DNA from: Mobula hypostoma
Taxonomy: Eukaryota
Length of the DNA: 64,000 nt
Assembly: GCF_963921235.1 (NCBI RefSeq)
Contig: NC_086100.1
Location: forward strand, 204,292,001 to 204,356,000
Direction: 5' to 3'
Part shown: positions 49,804 through 62,199 of the stretch, piece after piece
Position numbering within the stretch: position 1 is the first letter of the stretch
Layout of the letters: each line of letters opens with the position of its first letter
Notes under the pieces: generated by a model
Told to the model about the DNA's origin: nothing
The model's input: the letters and a program-made list of their open reading frames with translations, nothing else
The model's database searches: none
Position numbers and translations under genes: made by a program

Positions 49804-50066
49804 CCTCGCCTTGCCTCAAGTCTCCTGCCTCCGGCCTCAGCCTCTCCTCGCCTCAAGTCTCCTGCCTCCGGCCTCAGCCTCGCCTCGCCTCAAGTCTCCT
49901 GCCTCCGGCCTCAGCCTCGCCTCGCCTCAAGTCTCCTGCCTCCGGCCTCAGCCTCGCCTCACCGCAAGTCTCCTGCCTCCGGCCTCAGCCTCGCCTCGCG
50001 TCAAGTCTCCTGCCTCCAGCCTCAGCCTCGCCTCGCCTCAAGTCTCCTGCCTCCGGCCTCAGCCTC
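49804..50066 (+). repeat. 37-bp minisatellite x7 inside LTR1
   Basis: Unit cctcgcctcgcctcaagtctcctgcctccggcctcag, period 37. Confidence 0.93.
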
Positions 50067-53000
50067 TTGCCAAGCCAAGCCAAAGCTCTAGACTCTAACG
50101 TCAAGCTTCAAGCCTGTAGATTTCTGCCTCGTCCTGCCTGCCTGCCAAGCCTCGTCCTTGCCTAGTTCTGGGGTCCGAGCCAGAGGCAAGACCAAGGTAC
50201 TGGGTCCTTGTCCGGTCTCTGGCTCGGAGTCCAAGCCCGGGCTCCTAGCTTTCTTGTTCAGTCCTGTTCCAGGTTACTGGTTTTCCTGTCCATGTCCTTG
50301 CCATCGCTCTGTATCCTAGTCCTGTCCCTAGTACTTCAGTGTCTGTGACTTGCACTTTGGTCCGTTCCCAGCCGTGCCCTTATGACAGAGCGATCCAGCC
50401 AACCATGGACCCAGCGACACAGACACTGTCGTTTTCCTTTTGCCACCCGGGGTTCCTTTCTGTTACATACCCTCCCACCCGCCCGGGTCGTCCATAGTCT
50501 GGATACCCTGTTTGGTCGCGCGGAGGCTCCCGTAGAGGTGGGGGATGGGGGGGGTGGGTACTTTCATAGTCCGGTCCGTGAAGTCCTTATTCCGGTTCAC
50601 GGTCCGGTCCAGCGACCCTTGCTCCAGGTTTTACTATCTATCCTGTCTCTGTCTTTGTTGAGCTAATTGAGGCAGCTGATGCTCGTTGGGGCTGGCTGCA
50701 TAAATACCTTCAGAGACCAGGGTGTGGTGGCTGGATTGTTCTTGCCCTTACTCTTTGTATTCCTTCCTCTGCCTTCTGTTTCCTCGCCTGAAGCCCTGCT
50801 TTGTCTTGCTGTCTGATCCTGGAGCCACCCTGTTCCTAGCTCCCTTCCTGTCCCTTGCCTCCGCCCAGGTAAGCCAGGCCGTCTTGCCGTTACCTGGGGT
50901 TGGTTCTGTCCCTTGCCTCTGTCGGGTGGTCATCCGCGCCCTGCCCAGGAGGAGCCAAGCCTCGCCTCAAGTCTCCCGCCTTCCGCCTCCTGCCTCTTGC
51001 CTCTTGCCAAGCCAAGCCAAGTCTCTAGCCTCTAACCTCAAGCTTCAAGCCTGTAGATTTCTGCCTCGTCCTGCCTGCCTGCCAAGCCTCGTCCTTGCCT
51101 AGTTCTGGGGTCCGAGCCAGAGGCAAGACCCAGGTACTGGGTCCTTGTCCAGTCTCTGGCTCGGAATCCAAGCCCGGGCTCCTAGCTTTCTTGTTCAGTC
51201 CTGTTCCAGGTTCCTGGTTTTCCTGTCCATGTCCTTGCCATCGCCCTGTATCCTAGTCCTGTCCTTAGTACTTCAGTGTCTGTGTCTTGCACTTGGGTCC
51301 GTTCCCAGCCACCGCCCTTATGACTCAGGGATCTGTTCTGGAAACCGTACTTTTCGTGACTTTTATAAAAGACCTGTACGAGGAAGTGGAGGGGTGGGTT
51401 AGTAAATTTACTGATATATCCCCAGTCTTTGAGTTAATTGATAGTGTGGAGGTCTGTCAGGGGTTACAGCAGGACATTGATAGGATGCAAAACTGGGCTG
51501 AGAAGTGGTAAGTGGAGTTCAAACCAGGTAAGTATGAGGTGGTTCATTTTGTTAGGTCAAATATGATGACAGAATATACCTTCATGGTAAGACTCTTGGC
51601 AGTGTGGAGGATCAGAGGGATCTTAGGGTCTGAGTCCATAGGACACTCAGAACTGCTCCGTAGATTGACTCTGGGGTTAAGAAGGCATATGGTGGGATTG
51701 AGATTAAGAGCCGAGAGGTAATATTGCAGCTATATAGGACCCTGGTTAGATGCCACTTGGAGTAATTTGCTAAATTCTGGTCGCCTCACCTCAGGAAGGA
51801 TGTGGATACCATAGAAAGGGTGCAGAGGGGATATAGAACGATTTTCTGCATTGGAGAAGATGCCTTACGAGAGTATTTTGAATGAACTTGGCTTTTTCTT
51901 GGGTGATGGCTATTTTAGAATCCAGGGGAAGTTGTCTGGTGTATTGAAAATTGTTTTTTTTTTATCCAGAGACAGCAGAAGATAATTATGCAGAGAGTGT
52001 TTTCTCCCTGGAGGTTGGTATCCAGTGGATGCGTTCTGTGATCTCCTGTTTTCAATGGTTTTTTTTAAATAAATGATTTGTTTGAGGAAGTGGAAGTGTG
52101 GAATTTGTAAGTTTGCAGATTGTATGGAGATTGCTAGAGTTGTGGTTCGTGTAAAAGATTTTCGTAGGTCATGTTGTAACTACAAATATCCTGATTAGAC
52201 AACACTTGGAATACTGTGTTCACTTCTGAGTGCCTCATTATAGGAAGGATGTGGAAACGATAGAGTGGGTGCAGAGGAGGTTTACCAGGATGCTGCCTGG
52301 ATTAGAGAGCATGTACTCTGATGATACTTCGAGCGAGCGAGGGTGCTTCTTTTTGGAGCAAAGGTGGATGAGAGCTGGTTTGGTAGAGGTGTACAAGATG
52401 ATCAGAGGCATACAGTAGATCGAATGGACAGCTAGAGACTTTTCTCCAGGGTAGAAATGGTGGTTACGACAGGAAATAATTTTATGGTGAATGGAGGAAA
52501 GTACGGGGAGAATGAAAAGTACAGAAGGGAATAAGCACAGACCTTGCGGGTGAGTATTAGACTGGAGCAGGCCAAATTGCAAGAGGTTAGGCAGGAAGGA
52601 AGGAGAGTTAACAGAGAACAGCTGTTTTGGGCAAGTCCGCATCCAACATGTGGAGGGTGTTTGAAGTCTAACTACACAGAGTACAGGACAGGTATCTTCC
52701 AGCCAGAAGAAAGGACAAGGATGGCAAGGTAGAGAACCAGGGATGTTGAGGGATGTCATAAATGTTGTCCAGAATAAAACAAAGTAGGTAAAGTTTAGGA
52801 AGCTAGAATCAAACAGAGACTTGGAGAATTACTATGAAACCAGAAAAGAACTCCAAGAAATAAAAGAAAAATTTGAGGAGAATTAGGAAAGCCATGATGG
52901 GCCATAAAAACTCCTTGGCAATTATGATTAAAGAGAATCTGAAAGCATTCTACACATACATCAGGAGCAAAAGGAAAACAAGGGAGAGGGTGGGACCATT

Positions 53001-55059
53001 CAAGGACAAAGGGGGAGAGGAAAATTTGGTTGGATACAAAGGATGCGCTGAGGTTTATAACAAGTACTTTACATCAATTCTCGGACAAGGACGTGGAGCA
53101 TGTGGAACTCAAAGCGAAGAGTATTAATATGCTCGAATATTTCGAAGTAATTGAGTTAGCTTTGGGCTTTTAAATAGCAGTAAGGTGGATAAACCCCGGG
53201 GCCTGATGGGATACACTACAGATTATTGACTGAGGCAAGTGAAGAGATTGCTGGGGCCTTGGCCAATATCTTTGTGCCCTCCCTAGCCACTGGCGAGGTC
53301 CTGGAGGACTGGTGAGTAGCCAATGTTGATCTAATATTCAAGAAGGGAACCATGGATAATCCTGGAAGTTATAGACCGTCAGTGGTAGGGATAGAATTTG
53401 AGTATTTGTAAAATCATAGGTTTATTGGGAGGAGCCAACATGGCATGGCTTGGAATAAATTCTGTCTTACTAACTTGATTGATTTTATTCATGAAGTGAT
53501 GGGATGATTAATGAAGGTCGAGCTCAGGAAGTTGTTTTCATACATTTTTGTGAGGCCTTTGACAATGTCCCACATGGAAACCTCGTCGAAAAGATTAAGA
53601 AGTATGGGATCCATGGTGAATTGGATTTAGAACAGGGTTACCCATTGAAGACAAAGGCTGGTGGTTGAAGGGAGGTGTTCTTTAGTGGTGTTCTGCGGGG
53701 ATCTGTACTGGGACCTCTGCCGTCTCATGTATGTAAACAACCCGAATGAAAATGTCCATAAGCGCGGATAGACTAGATAACAGTAGTATCGGCCGGTGAG
53801 TCTGAAATCAGTTGACCAGCTATCTAAGTATTTAATAAAGATGGACTGAACGCGAATAGTCAGCGTGGTAGCTCATGTCTAACCAGACTTATGGAGTTTT
53901 TTTTTCAGGAAGCCAGCAGGAAAGTGTATGAAAGCAAGGGTGTAGATGTTGTCTACATGCGCTTTAGCAAGGCATTTTATTAGATCCCGCATTGGGCAAG
54001 AAGGTTCAGTGTCTCGGCATTCAAGACAAAGTAGTAAATTGCTTTGGACATTGGCACTGAGGGAGAATCCAGTTAGTGGTAGTAGTTCGTTGTCTCTACG
54101 ACTGGAGGTCTATGACGAGTGATGAGCCGCAGGGAGCGCTTGTGAGTCTGTTGCTGTTTGTCATCCATATCAAGGATCTGGATGATAATGTGGTTAACTG
54201 GATCAGCAAAGTTGCTGACAAAACCAAATTGGGGTGATTGACAGCGAGGAAGGTTTTCATTGCTTGCGGAGGGATCTGGATCTGCTTGAAAAATGGGCTG
54301 GAAAATGGCACATGGAATTTAATGCGGAAAAGTGCGAGACATTGCACTTCGGTAGGACCAGCCAGGGTAGGTCTTACACAGTGAATGGTAGGCCAGTGAG
54401 GAATGTGTAGAACAAAGTGATCTGGGGATACAGGTCCATAATTCATTGACAGTGGTGTCACAGGTAGAGAGGTTCGTAAAGATAGCTGCAGAAACATTGG
54501 CTTATAGAAATCAGAGTACTGAGTACAGGAGATAGGATATTAGGTTGAAATAAAAGGCCGTATTTGGAGTATTGTGTGCAGTTTGGTTCATCTACTAACA
54601 GAAAAGATGCAAACAAATCCGAAAAAGTACAGAGAAAATTCACTAAGATGCTGCTGGAGCTGGAAGACCTGAAATCAAAGGTGTAGATAAGGTAGATGTA
54701 AGCAGGATTTTTTTTCTGCTGATGTTAGGTAGGACTAAAATCAGAGGTCGTGTGTTCAGGGTGAAAGGTTTAAGGGGAACGGGTGGAAAAACTCTTGACC
54801 TGGGGGGCTGTGAGAGTGTGGAAAGAGCTGCTAGCACAAGTCATGCATGTGAGCACGATTTCAACGTTGAAGCGATTTTTGGGTAGGGATAGGGTTGGCA
54901 GGGATACGATGAGCTGTGGTCCCAGTGCAGTTTAAATTGCTTTGTTGTGGACTAAATGGACCGAAGGGTTTGTTCTGTGCTGTGCCTCTCTGTAACTCTG
55001 ACTCTACGGGTCGGCTACCGATTTCCGATCGGTGTTTATTGCTGTAATTTGTTCTTTTT

Positions 55060-56400
55060 TTTAATCTTTTACTAATTTTCAAATTCATAAACATAGTAAC
55101 AGTGCTAATACAAAGAGATTGGGATTACATTATTGGTAATTGCCATGTGCAAGTAAAACGTACGGATAATACAAGTATATCAGACGCCCAAACTTTTAAT
55201 ATAGTTAACCATGATAAAAAGAAAAATGAAAAAATATCAAGATAAAACAACTTCAAAGTAAAAAAACAAAAATAAAATGAACTGAAGCAAAAACTAATCT
55301 AAACAAAACAAAACAAGGCTGAGCTAATATAATACATCGAATACAATCATTAATGTCGTTAACTCCGCTCCTCTATCCATGTATTCTTGGTTAATAAAAA
55401 GGATTCGGAAAAGGTCATCATATGAAAGTGTTGAATAAATGGCCTCCAAGTCTCTTCGAATTTAACCGAAGGATTGAAATTGACATTTCTGATTTTTTTC
55501 TAAATTTAAACATGATATAGTCTGGGAAAGCCATTGAAATATAGTAGGTGGAATTGATCTCTTTCCAATTCAATGAAATGGATCATCTAGCCAATAATGT
55601 GACAAATGCAATCATCCGACGAGCTGAAGAGGTTAAAGAACTATGTTCCATCATTAGTAAACCAAAAATTGCAGTAATGGGATAAGGTTGTAAATCAATA
55701 CACAAAACTGTTGAAATAATATCAAGAATATCTTTCCAATTTTTTTTAAAGAGGGCAAGACCAGGACATATGAGTCAACGAAGCTACCTCAGAATTACAT
55801 CTGTCACAAACAGGATTTATATGAGTTAAAACGAGCTAGTTTATCTTTAGACATGTGGGCCATATGCACCACCTTAAATTGTATCAACCTATGTTTAGCA
55901 CATATTGAGGAAAAGTTAACTAATTGAAATTTTATCTCCCATTTCTCTATAGGTAAGTGAAGTTGAAGTTCCCTTTCCCATTCATTCTTAATTCTATCAG
56001 ATATGCCTGGCTGTATTTTCATAATTATATCATAAATAGTTGCTATTAAATCCTTCTAACTTTTTCCGTGATATCAGTTGGATATGAAATCGGAAAGGTA
56101 GGTAGCGTAGTATTTAAAGTTTCTTATTTGCAAATATCTAAAAAAATGGAATCTGTGCAAATTATATTTATTAAACTACTGTTCAAAAGACATAAAACAG
56201 TTATTCAAGAATAAATCACGAAAACATATTATACCCTTCATTTTCCATATCAAAAAGGCTTGATCCATAACAGAGGGTTTGGCCTGTAATTTGTAACAGT
56301 GTTTTAACTTAAAACACTGACGAACTGAAGCTCCAAAAAGATGCAAAGTAAGGTTCATAACATTTCTTATTTAGAAAGTATATAGATTATATTCATTAAC
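55060..56400 (-). mobile_element. L1-clade LINE 3' fragment
   Basis: IKNEWERELQLHLPIEKWE..SICAKHRLIQFKVVH..; downstream C..LTHMSWSCP motif; WKMKGIICFRDLF. Confidence 0.8.
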
Positions 56401-56844
56401 AATTAATTTCAGGGAATTCCATGATTATATTAACAGAGTTTAAACATATATTTGCATAACTTAACAGTGACAACAACATTATATAAAACAAAACTCCAAG
56501 TACACGGCAATACACGCTGTTCGCGGGAGCATTTCAGTTCCAGCCCGGCCGCGCACAGCTCACCTTGGGGAGAACAGTGCTGACAGCTGGGAGCACAGGT
56601 AAGAACTTGGCAATGGGAAGAAATTCGGAATTGTAAATGAATGGAAAACACAGTTTGACAATTCAACAGAGGCGGGAGCAATGAAAGGAGAAGAGCGGAG
56701 ATTACTTTTAACAAAGAGAGGAATGTCTTTGAGTTGAAATTGGTAACTTTGCAATTGGGCGCTCTGTTGTTGGAGGCTGCGTGAGTGCGAGTTTGTGAAG
56801 TGACGAAAGTCACTGAGTCACAGCTGGAGCGGCGCATCATTTAT

Positions 56845-57234
56845 TGCCTCGCCTCAAGTCTCCGGCCTTGCCTCAAGCCTCCTGCCTCCTGCCTCTGGCC
56901 TCGCCTCGCCTCATCTCGTCTCCTGCCTAGCCTCAAGCCTGAAGTCTCTAACCTCTGGCCTCAAGTCTTAAGTCTCCCGCCTCGTCCTGCCTGCCTGCCA
57001 AACCTCGCCCTTGCCTACTTCTGGGGTCCGAGCCAGAGGCAAAACCCAGTTACTGGGTGCTTGTCCAGTCTCTGGCTCGGCGTCCAAGCCCGGGTTCCTA
57101 GATCTTTTGTCCTGTTCTAGGTTCCTGGTTTTCCTGTCCATGTCCTTGTCATCGCCCTGTATCCTAGTCCTGTCCGTAGTACTTCAGTGTCCGTGTCTTG
57201 CATTTGGGTCTGTCCCCGCCGCTGCCTTATGACA
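56845..57234 (+). mobile_element. 3' part of a third LTR copy related to 48856-51325
   Basis: gggtccgagccagaggcaa..gtacttcagtgt..ccttatgaca terminus. Confidence 0.85.
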
Positions 57235-57935
57235 CTCCAAGGCAGAGTACAAAGTAAATGTCAGGATACTTGGCAGTGTGGAGGAGCAGAGGGATCTGGG
57301 GGTACATGTGCACAGATCCCTGAAAGTTGCCTCACAGGTAGATAGGGTAGTTAAGAAAGCTTATGGGGTATTAGCTTTCATAAGTCGAGGGATAGAGTTT
57401 AAGAGTTGTGATGTAATGATGCAGCTCGATAAAACTCTGGTTAGGCCACACTTGGAGTACTGTGTCCAGTTCTGGTGGCCTCACTATAGGAAGGATGTGG
57501 AAACATTGGAAGGGGATGCTGCCTGGTTTAGAGAGTATGCATTATGATCAGAGATTAAGGGAGCTAGGGCTTTACTCGTTGGAGAGAAGGAAAATGAGAG
57601 GAGACATGATAGAGGTGTACAAGATAATAGGAGGAATAGATAGAGTGGACAGCCAGCGCCTCTTCCCCAGGGCACCACTGCTCAATATAAGAGGACATGG
57701 CTTTAAGGTAAGGGGTGGGAAGTTCAAGAGGGATATTAGAGGAAGGTTTTTTTTACTCAGAGTGGTTGGTGCATGGAATGCACTGCCTGAGTCAGTGGTG
57801 GAGGCAGATACACTCGTGAAGTTTATGAGACTACTAGACAGGTATATGGAGGAATTTAACGTGGGGGCTTATATGGGAGGCAGGGTTTGAGGGTCGGCAC
57901 AACATTGTGGGCCGAAGGGCCTGTAATGTGCTGTA
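57235..57935 (+). mobile_element. CR1 3' fragment
   Basis: EEQRDLGVHVHRSLKVASQ..GAYMGGRV. Confidence 0.92.
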
Positions 57936-57949
57936 CTCGTCCATCTTAT

Positions 57950-59790
57950 GTAGAATTAGGGTGTTTAATATCTGGGGGTCTCCCTCTATTATCCTCAAAC
58001 AGCTGCTCTATATACTGAATCCACCTTTCACATACTTTATCTGAATCTGTTCGTATGGATCTGTCTGCTGATCTTATGCATCCTGCAGAGGAGGTTTTCT
58101 TAATTGCAGTAATTTCCTCAGCTTGTGCATGTCTTTGCTATTGTTAATATGGCCTTCTACTTCACTGCATTTTTGATTCAGCCATTCCTCCTTTGCAATA
58201 CTGCACAATTGTTTGGTCGGTCTGTCTGTCTGTCTCTCTGTACTGCACTTGTGACGAGGGTACACATAGATTAAGATGTTAACTGTCCTGTGCTGGCACC
58301 AGTGGGATCAGCAGTTGGTCTGCCACCTGTCTTCAGGAGAAAGCGAGATAAGGAAAACAATGGAGCAGCATTTGGAGATGTTAATTAAGGGACGGAAGGA
58401 GAGCTGTCAAGATCGGCCCCCCTTTTGAACCCTGAACTGTTTGAAGTGATGGACAGGCGATACCCCAGCAGGGGGATAAAAAGGGACAGGTTCGCTAAGG
58501 CAACACACACACGACACCATGAGGTTTTGGAGGGCTGGTCGCGGGACCAAGCCATAGACGCACAGGGTGGAAAGGTACAATCGGCGGGAACCTGGTGTGT
58601 GTCCGCCCTTGCCTGGGTGCCAGGTTCACCGCAGAGAAACGATCGTATCTGGAAACGGAGGGGTCACGGTCGGTGACCTCAGAAGACATCACAAGGGGCT
58701 CGCCCGAAAGCTGACTGCGAAGAATATCGAAGGTCTGTGTGGAAGCCGTTTGAATATTCATTCGTTTTTGCTCTCTCTCTCCTTCCTCCCACTGTCCATC
58801 TCCCACGGCAGTTATTACTGTGAACTGAACTGAACTCAATTGAACTGAACTTTGCGTCACTTTGAAACTGGTCATTTACCCCTAGATGACGATAGAGCTT
58901 GATTTATCCTGTTATCCTAATTCTGTGTACGTGTGTGTTTATCATTGCTGAACTGTTGCATTTATTTTCCTTTTGATTAGAGTACTGTGTTGCTTGTTTC
59001 TTTAATAAAACTTTCTTAGTTCTAGTAATCCAGACTCCAACTGAGTGATCTATTTCTGCTGGTTTGGCAACCCAGTTACGGGGTACGTAACACACTTCAT
59101 TATTCCTCACTAAACTTCTTTGTTCCATCACTTCTAGGATTTCTTGGCTTATCCATCCCTTGTTGGTGAGTTGGATTTTTGTACTGGGATTATCTTCTCT
59201 GCTGATCGCTGTATAGCAGATTTAAATCTGTCCCAAATAGGTGTTTTCGTTGAGGTGTTCTTCCTCAACTGTCTTGAATTGTTGTTTAAGTATGTTATCT
59301 TTTTTAAGTTCTCCTAACATATTCTTCTTTCTCTCCTTTTCCACGTATCAGTTTCTTTAATTTTGTTTCAATGGTAGCTATTACTGGATGGTGACCTGAA
59401 CCAGTCTGCTCCTGGGTAAATTTTAGAATTTGTGATATTATTTCCAAAGCTTTCATTGATGGTCATAAAATCTACTTGATTCCTTGTTCTATCTCCAGGG
59501 CTAATCCAAGTACTCAATCAACATGGATGGTTTTTGTGCCAAGTATTGGTGATCATTTGGTTGTTTCTGACACACCAATCAGTAAACCTTTCTCCATTTT
59601 CATTTTTCTCCCCTAATCCAAAGGGTCCTATCATGTTATCAACCATTTCCTGTCCAACTTTGGCGTTAAAATCTCCCATGACTAGTTTTATGTCCTGAAA
59701 TTTTCATTGCTCGTAAGCACTGTCGAGATCTTCATAAAACTTGTTGATATCCTCTTCATCCGCATCAATTGTTGGTGCATAGGCTTCGGT
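57950..59790 (-). mobile_element. RTE-clade LINE endonuclease region, interrupted by a solo LTR
   Basis: AYAPTIDADEEDINKFYEDL, VMGDFNAKVG, GPFGLGEKNENGERF, TWISPGDRTRNQVDF. Confidence 0.8.
58250..59092 (+). mobile_element. Solo LTR (Gypsy-type)
   Basis: TGTGACG...CGTAACA termini; 4-bp TSD CACT (58246-58249 and 59093-59096); GATAAAA and AATAAA signals. Confidence 0.85.
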
Positions 59791-59794
59791 TATG

Positions 59795-62125
59795 CTAATG
59801 TTAAAACGGTTATCCCTTAATGCAAGAAGCATCAGGAACAAAGGTGATGAACTGAGAGCTTGGATACATACATGGAATTATGATGTAGTGGCCATTACAG
59901 AGACTTGGCATCACCAGGGCAGGAATGGATCCTCAATATTCCTGGATTTCAGTGCTTTAAAAGGGATGGAGAGGGCGGAAAAAGGGGAGGAGGGGTGGCA
60001 TTACTGGTCAGGGATACTATTACAGCTACAGAAAGGGTGGGTAATGTAGCAGGATCCTCTTTTGAGTCAGTATGGGTGGAAGTCAGGAACAGGAAGGGAG
60101 CAGTTACTCTATTGGGGGTATTGGGGGTAGCAGCAGAGATACAGAAGAGCAGATTGGGAGGCAGACTTTCGAAAGGTGCAAAAATAACAGGGTTGTTATC
60201 ATGGGTGACTTTAACTTCCCTAATATTGATTAGCACCTGATTAGTTCTAAGGGTTTAGATGGGGCAGAGTTTGTTATGTGTGTCCAGTACAGATTCCTGT
60301 CACAGTATGTGGACAGGCCGACTAGGGGGAAGGCCATACTAGATCTCGTACTAGGTAATGAACCGGGTCAGGTCACAGATCTCTCAGTGAGTGAGCATCT
60401 GGGGGACAGTGACCACCACTCCCTGGGCTTTAGCATTATCATGGAAAAAGACAGAATCAGAGGACAGAAAAACTTTTAATTGGGGAAGGGCAAATGATGA
60501 GGCTATAAGGCTAGAACTTTCGGGTGTGAATTGGGATGATGTTTTTGCAGGGAAATGTACTATGGACATGTGGTCAATGTTTAGAGATCTCTTGCAGGAT
60601 GTTCGAGATAAACTTGTCCCAGTGAGGAAGATAAACAATGGTAGGGTGAAGGAACCATGGGTGACAAGTGAGGTGGAAAATCTAGTCAGGTGGAAGAAGG
60701 CAGCATACATGAGGTTTAGGAAGCAAGGATCAGATGGGTCTATTGAAGAATATAGGGAAGCAAGAAAGGAGCTTAAGAAGGGGCTGAGAAGAGCAAGAAG
60801 TGGGCATGAGAAGGCCTTGCCGAGTAGGGTAAAGGAAAACCCCAAGGCATTCTTCAATTGTGTGAGGAACAAAAGATGACAGGAGAGGAGGTAGGCCTGA
60901 TTAGAGATAAAGGTGGGAAGATGTGTCTGGAGGCTGTGGAAGTGAGCGAGGTCCTCAATGAATACTTCTCTTCGATATTCACCAATGAGAGGGAACTTGA
61001 TGATGGTGAGGACAATATGAGTGAGGTTGATGTTCTGGAGCATGCTGATATTAAGGGAGAGGAGGTTTTGGAGTTGTTAAAATACATTAGGACAGATAAG
61101 TCTCCGGGGCCTGACGGAATATTCCCCAGGCTGCTCCACGAGGCGAGGGAAGAGATTGCTGAGCCTCTGGTTAGGATCTTTATGTCCTCGTTGTCCACGG
61201 GAATGGTCCCGGAGGACTGGAGGCAGGTGAATGTTGTTCCCTTGTTCAAAAAGGGTAGTAGGGATAGTCCGGGTAATTATAGACCAGTGAGCCTTGCGTC
61301 TGTGGTGGGAAAGCTGTTGGAAAAGATTCTTAGAGATAGGATCTCTGAGCATTTAGAGAATCATGGCTGATCAGGGACAGTCAGCATGGTTTTGTGAAGG
61401 GCAGATCGTGTCTAACAAGCCTGATAGAGTTCTTTGAGGAGGTGACCAGGCATATAGATGAGTGTAGTGCAGTGGATGTGATGTATATGGATTTTAGTAA
61501 GGCATTTGACAAGGTTCCACATGGTAGGCTTATTCAGAAAGTCAAAAGGCATGGGATCCAGGCAAGTTTGGCCGGGTGGATTCAGAATTGGCCACACTTG
61601 GAGTACTGTGTCCAGTTCTGGTCTCCTCACTATAGGAAGGATGTGGAAGCATTGGATGGGGTATAGAGGAGATTTACCAGGATGCTGCCTGGTTTAGAGA
61701 GTATGCATCATGATCAGAGATTAAGGGAGCTCGGGCTTTACTCTTTGGAAAGAAGGAAAATGACAGAAGACATGATAGAGGTGTACAAGATAATAAGAGG
61801 AATAAATAGAGTGGATAGCCAGCGCCTCTTCCCCAGGGCACCACTGCTCAATACAAGGGGACATGGCTTTAAAGTAAGGGGTGGGAAGTTCAAGGGGGAT
61901 ATTAGGGGAAGGTTTTTTACTCAGAGAGTGGTTGGTGCGTGGAATGCACTGCCTGAGTCAGTGGTGGAGGCAGATACACTAGTAAAGTTTAAGTGACTAC
62001 TAGATAGGTATATGAAGGAATTTAAGGTGGGGGCTTATATGGGAGGCAGGGTTTGCGGGTCGGCACAATATTGTGGGCCGAAGGGCCTGTACTGTGCTGT
62101 ACTGTTCTATGTTCTATGTTCTATT
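59795..62125 (+). mobile_element. CR1 ORF2 from the endonuclease start to the 3' tail, with the RT core deleted at about 61590
   Basis: LNARSIRNK..VAITETW; KSPGPDGI; WIQNW joined directly to PHLEYC; (GTTCTAT)3 tail. Confidence 0.93.
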
Positions 62126-62199
62126 TAGCTAAAACAGCCGATCGGATATTGCCCAATATTCCATAAGACATTTTGATAGTTTGAATTATTTCAAATTCT

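Larger units (their letters stand above)
48856..51325 (+). mobile_element. Non-autonomous Gypsy-type LTR element (LTR1 48856-50387, 174-bp internal part, LTR2 50562-51325) with a self-priming signature
   Basis: TGTCATA...TATGACA termini; 5-bp TSD CAGGG (48851-48855 and 51326-51330); internal GAGCGATCCAGCC-AACC-ATGGACCCAGCG; G-rich PPT ending GGGTAC. Confidence 0.9.
47980..55000 (+). mobile_element. Patchwork of old CR1 relics, mostly +, interrupted by the LTR element at 48856-51325
   Basis: GVSQG|SVLE motif split by the LTR insertion; fragments WVSKFTD, KENLKAFYTYIRSKRK, PHYRKDVETIE. Confidence 0.7.

Noticed and set aside
49276..50066. CRISPR-like array of palindromic repeats
   Set aside because: The units are contiguous with no unique spacers, lie inside an LTR in eukaryotic DNA, and no cas genes are present.
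49723..50098. Low-complexity Pro/Ala/Ser-rich ORFs
   Set aside because: Translation of the 37-bp minisatellite.
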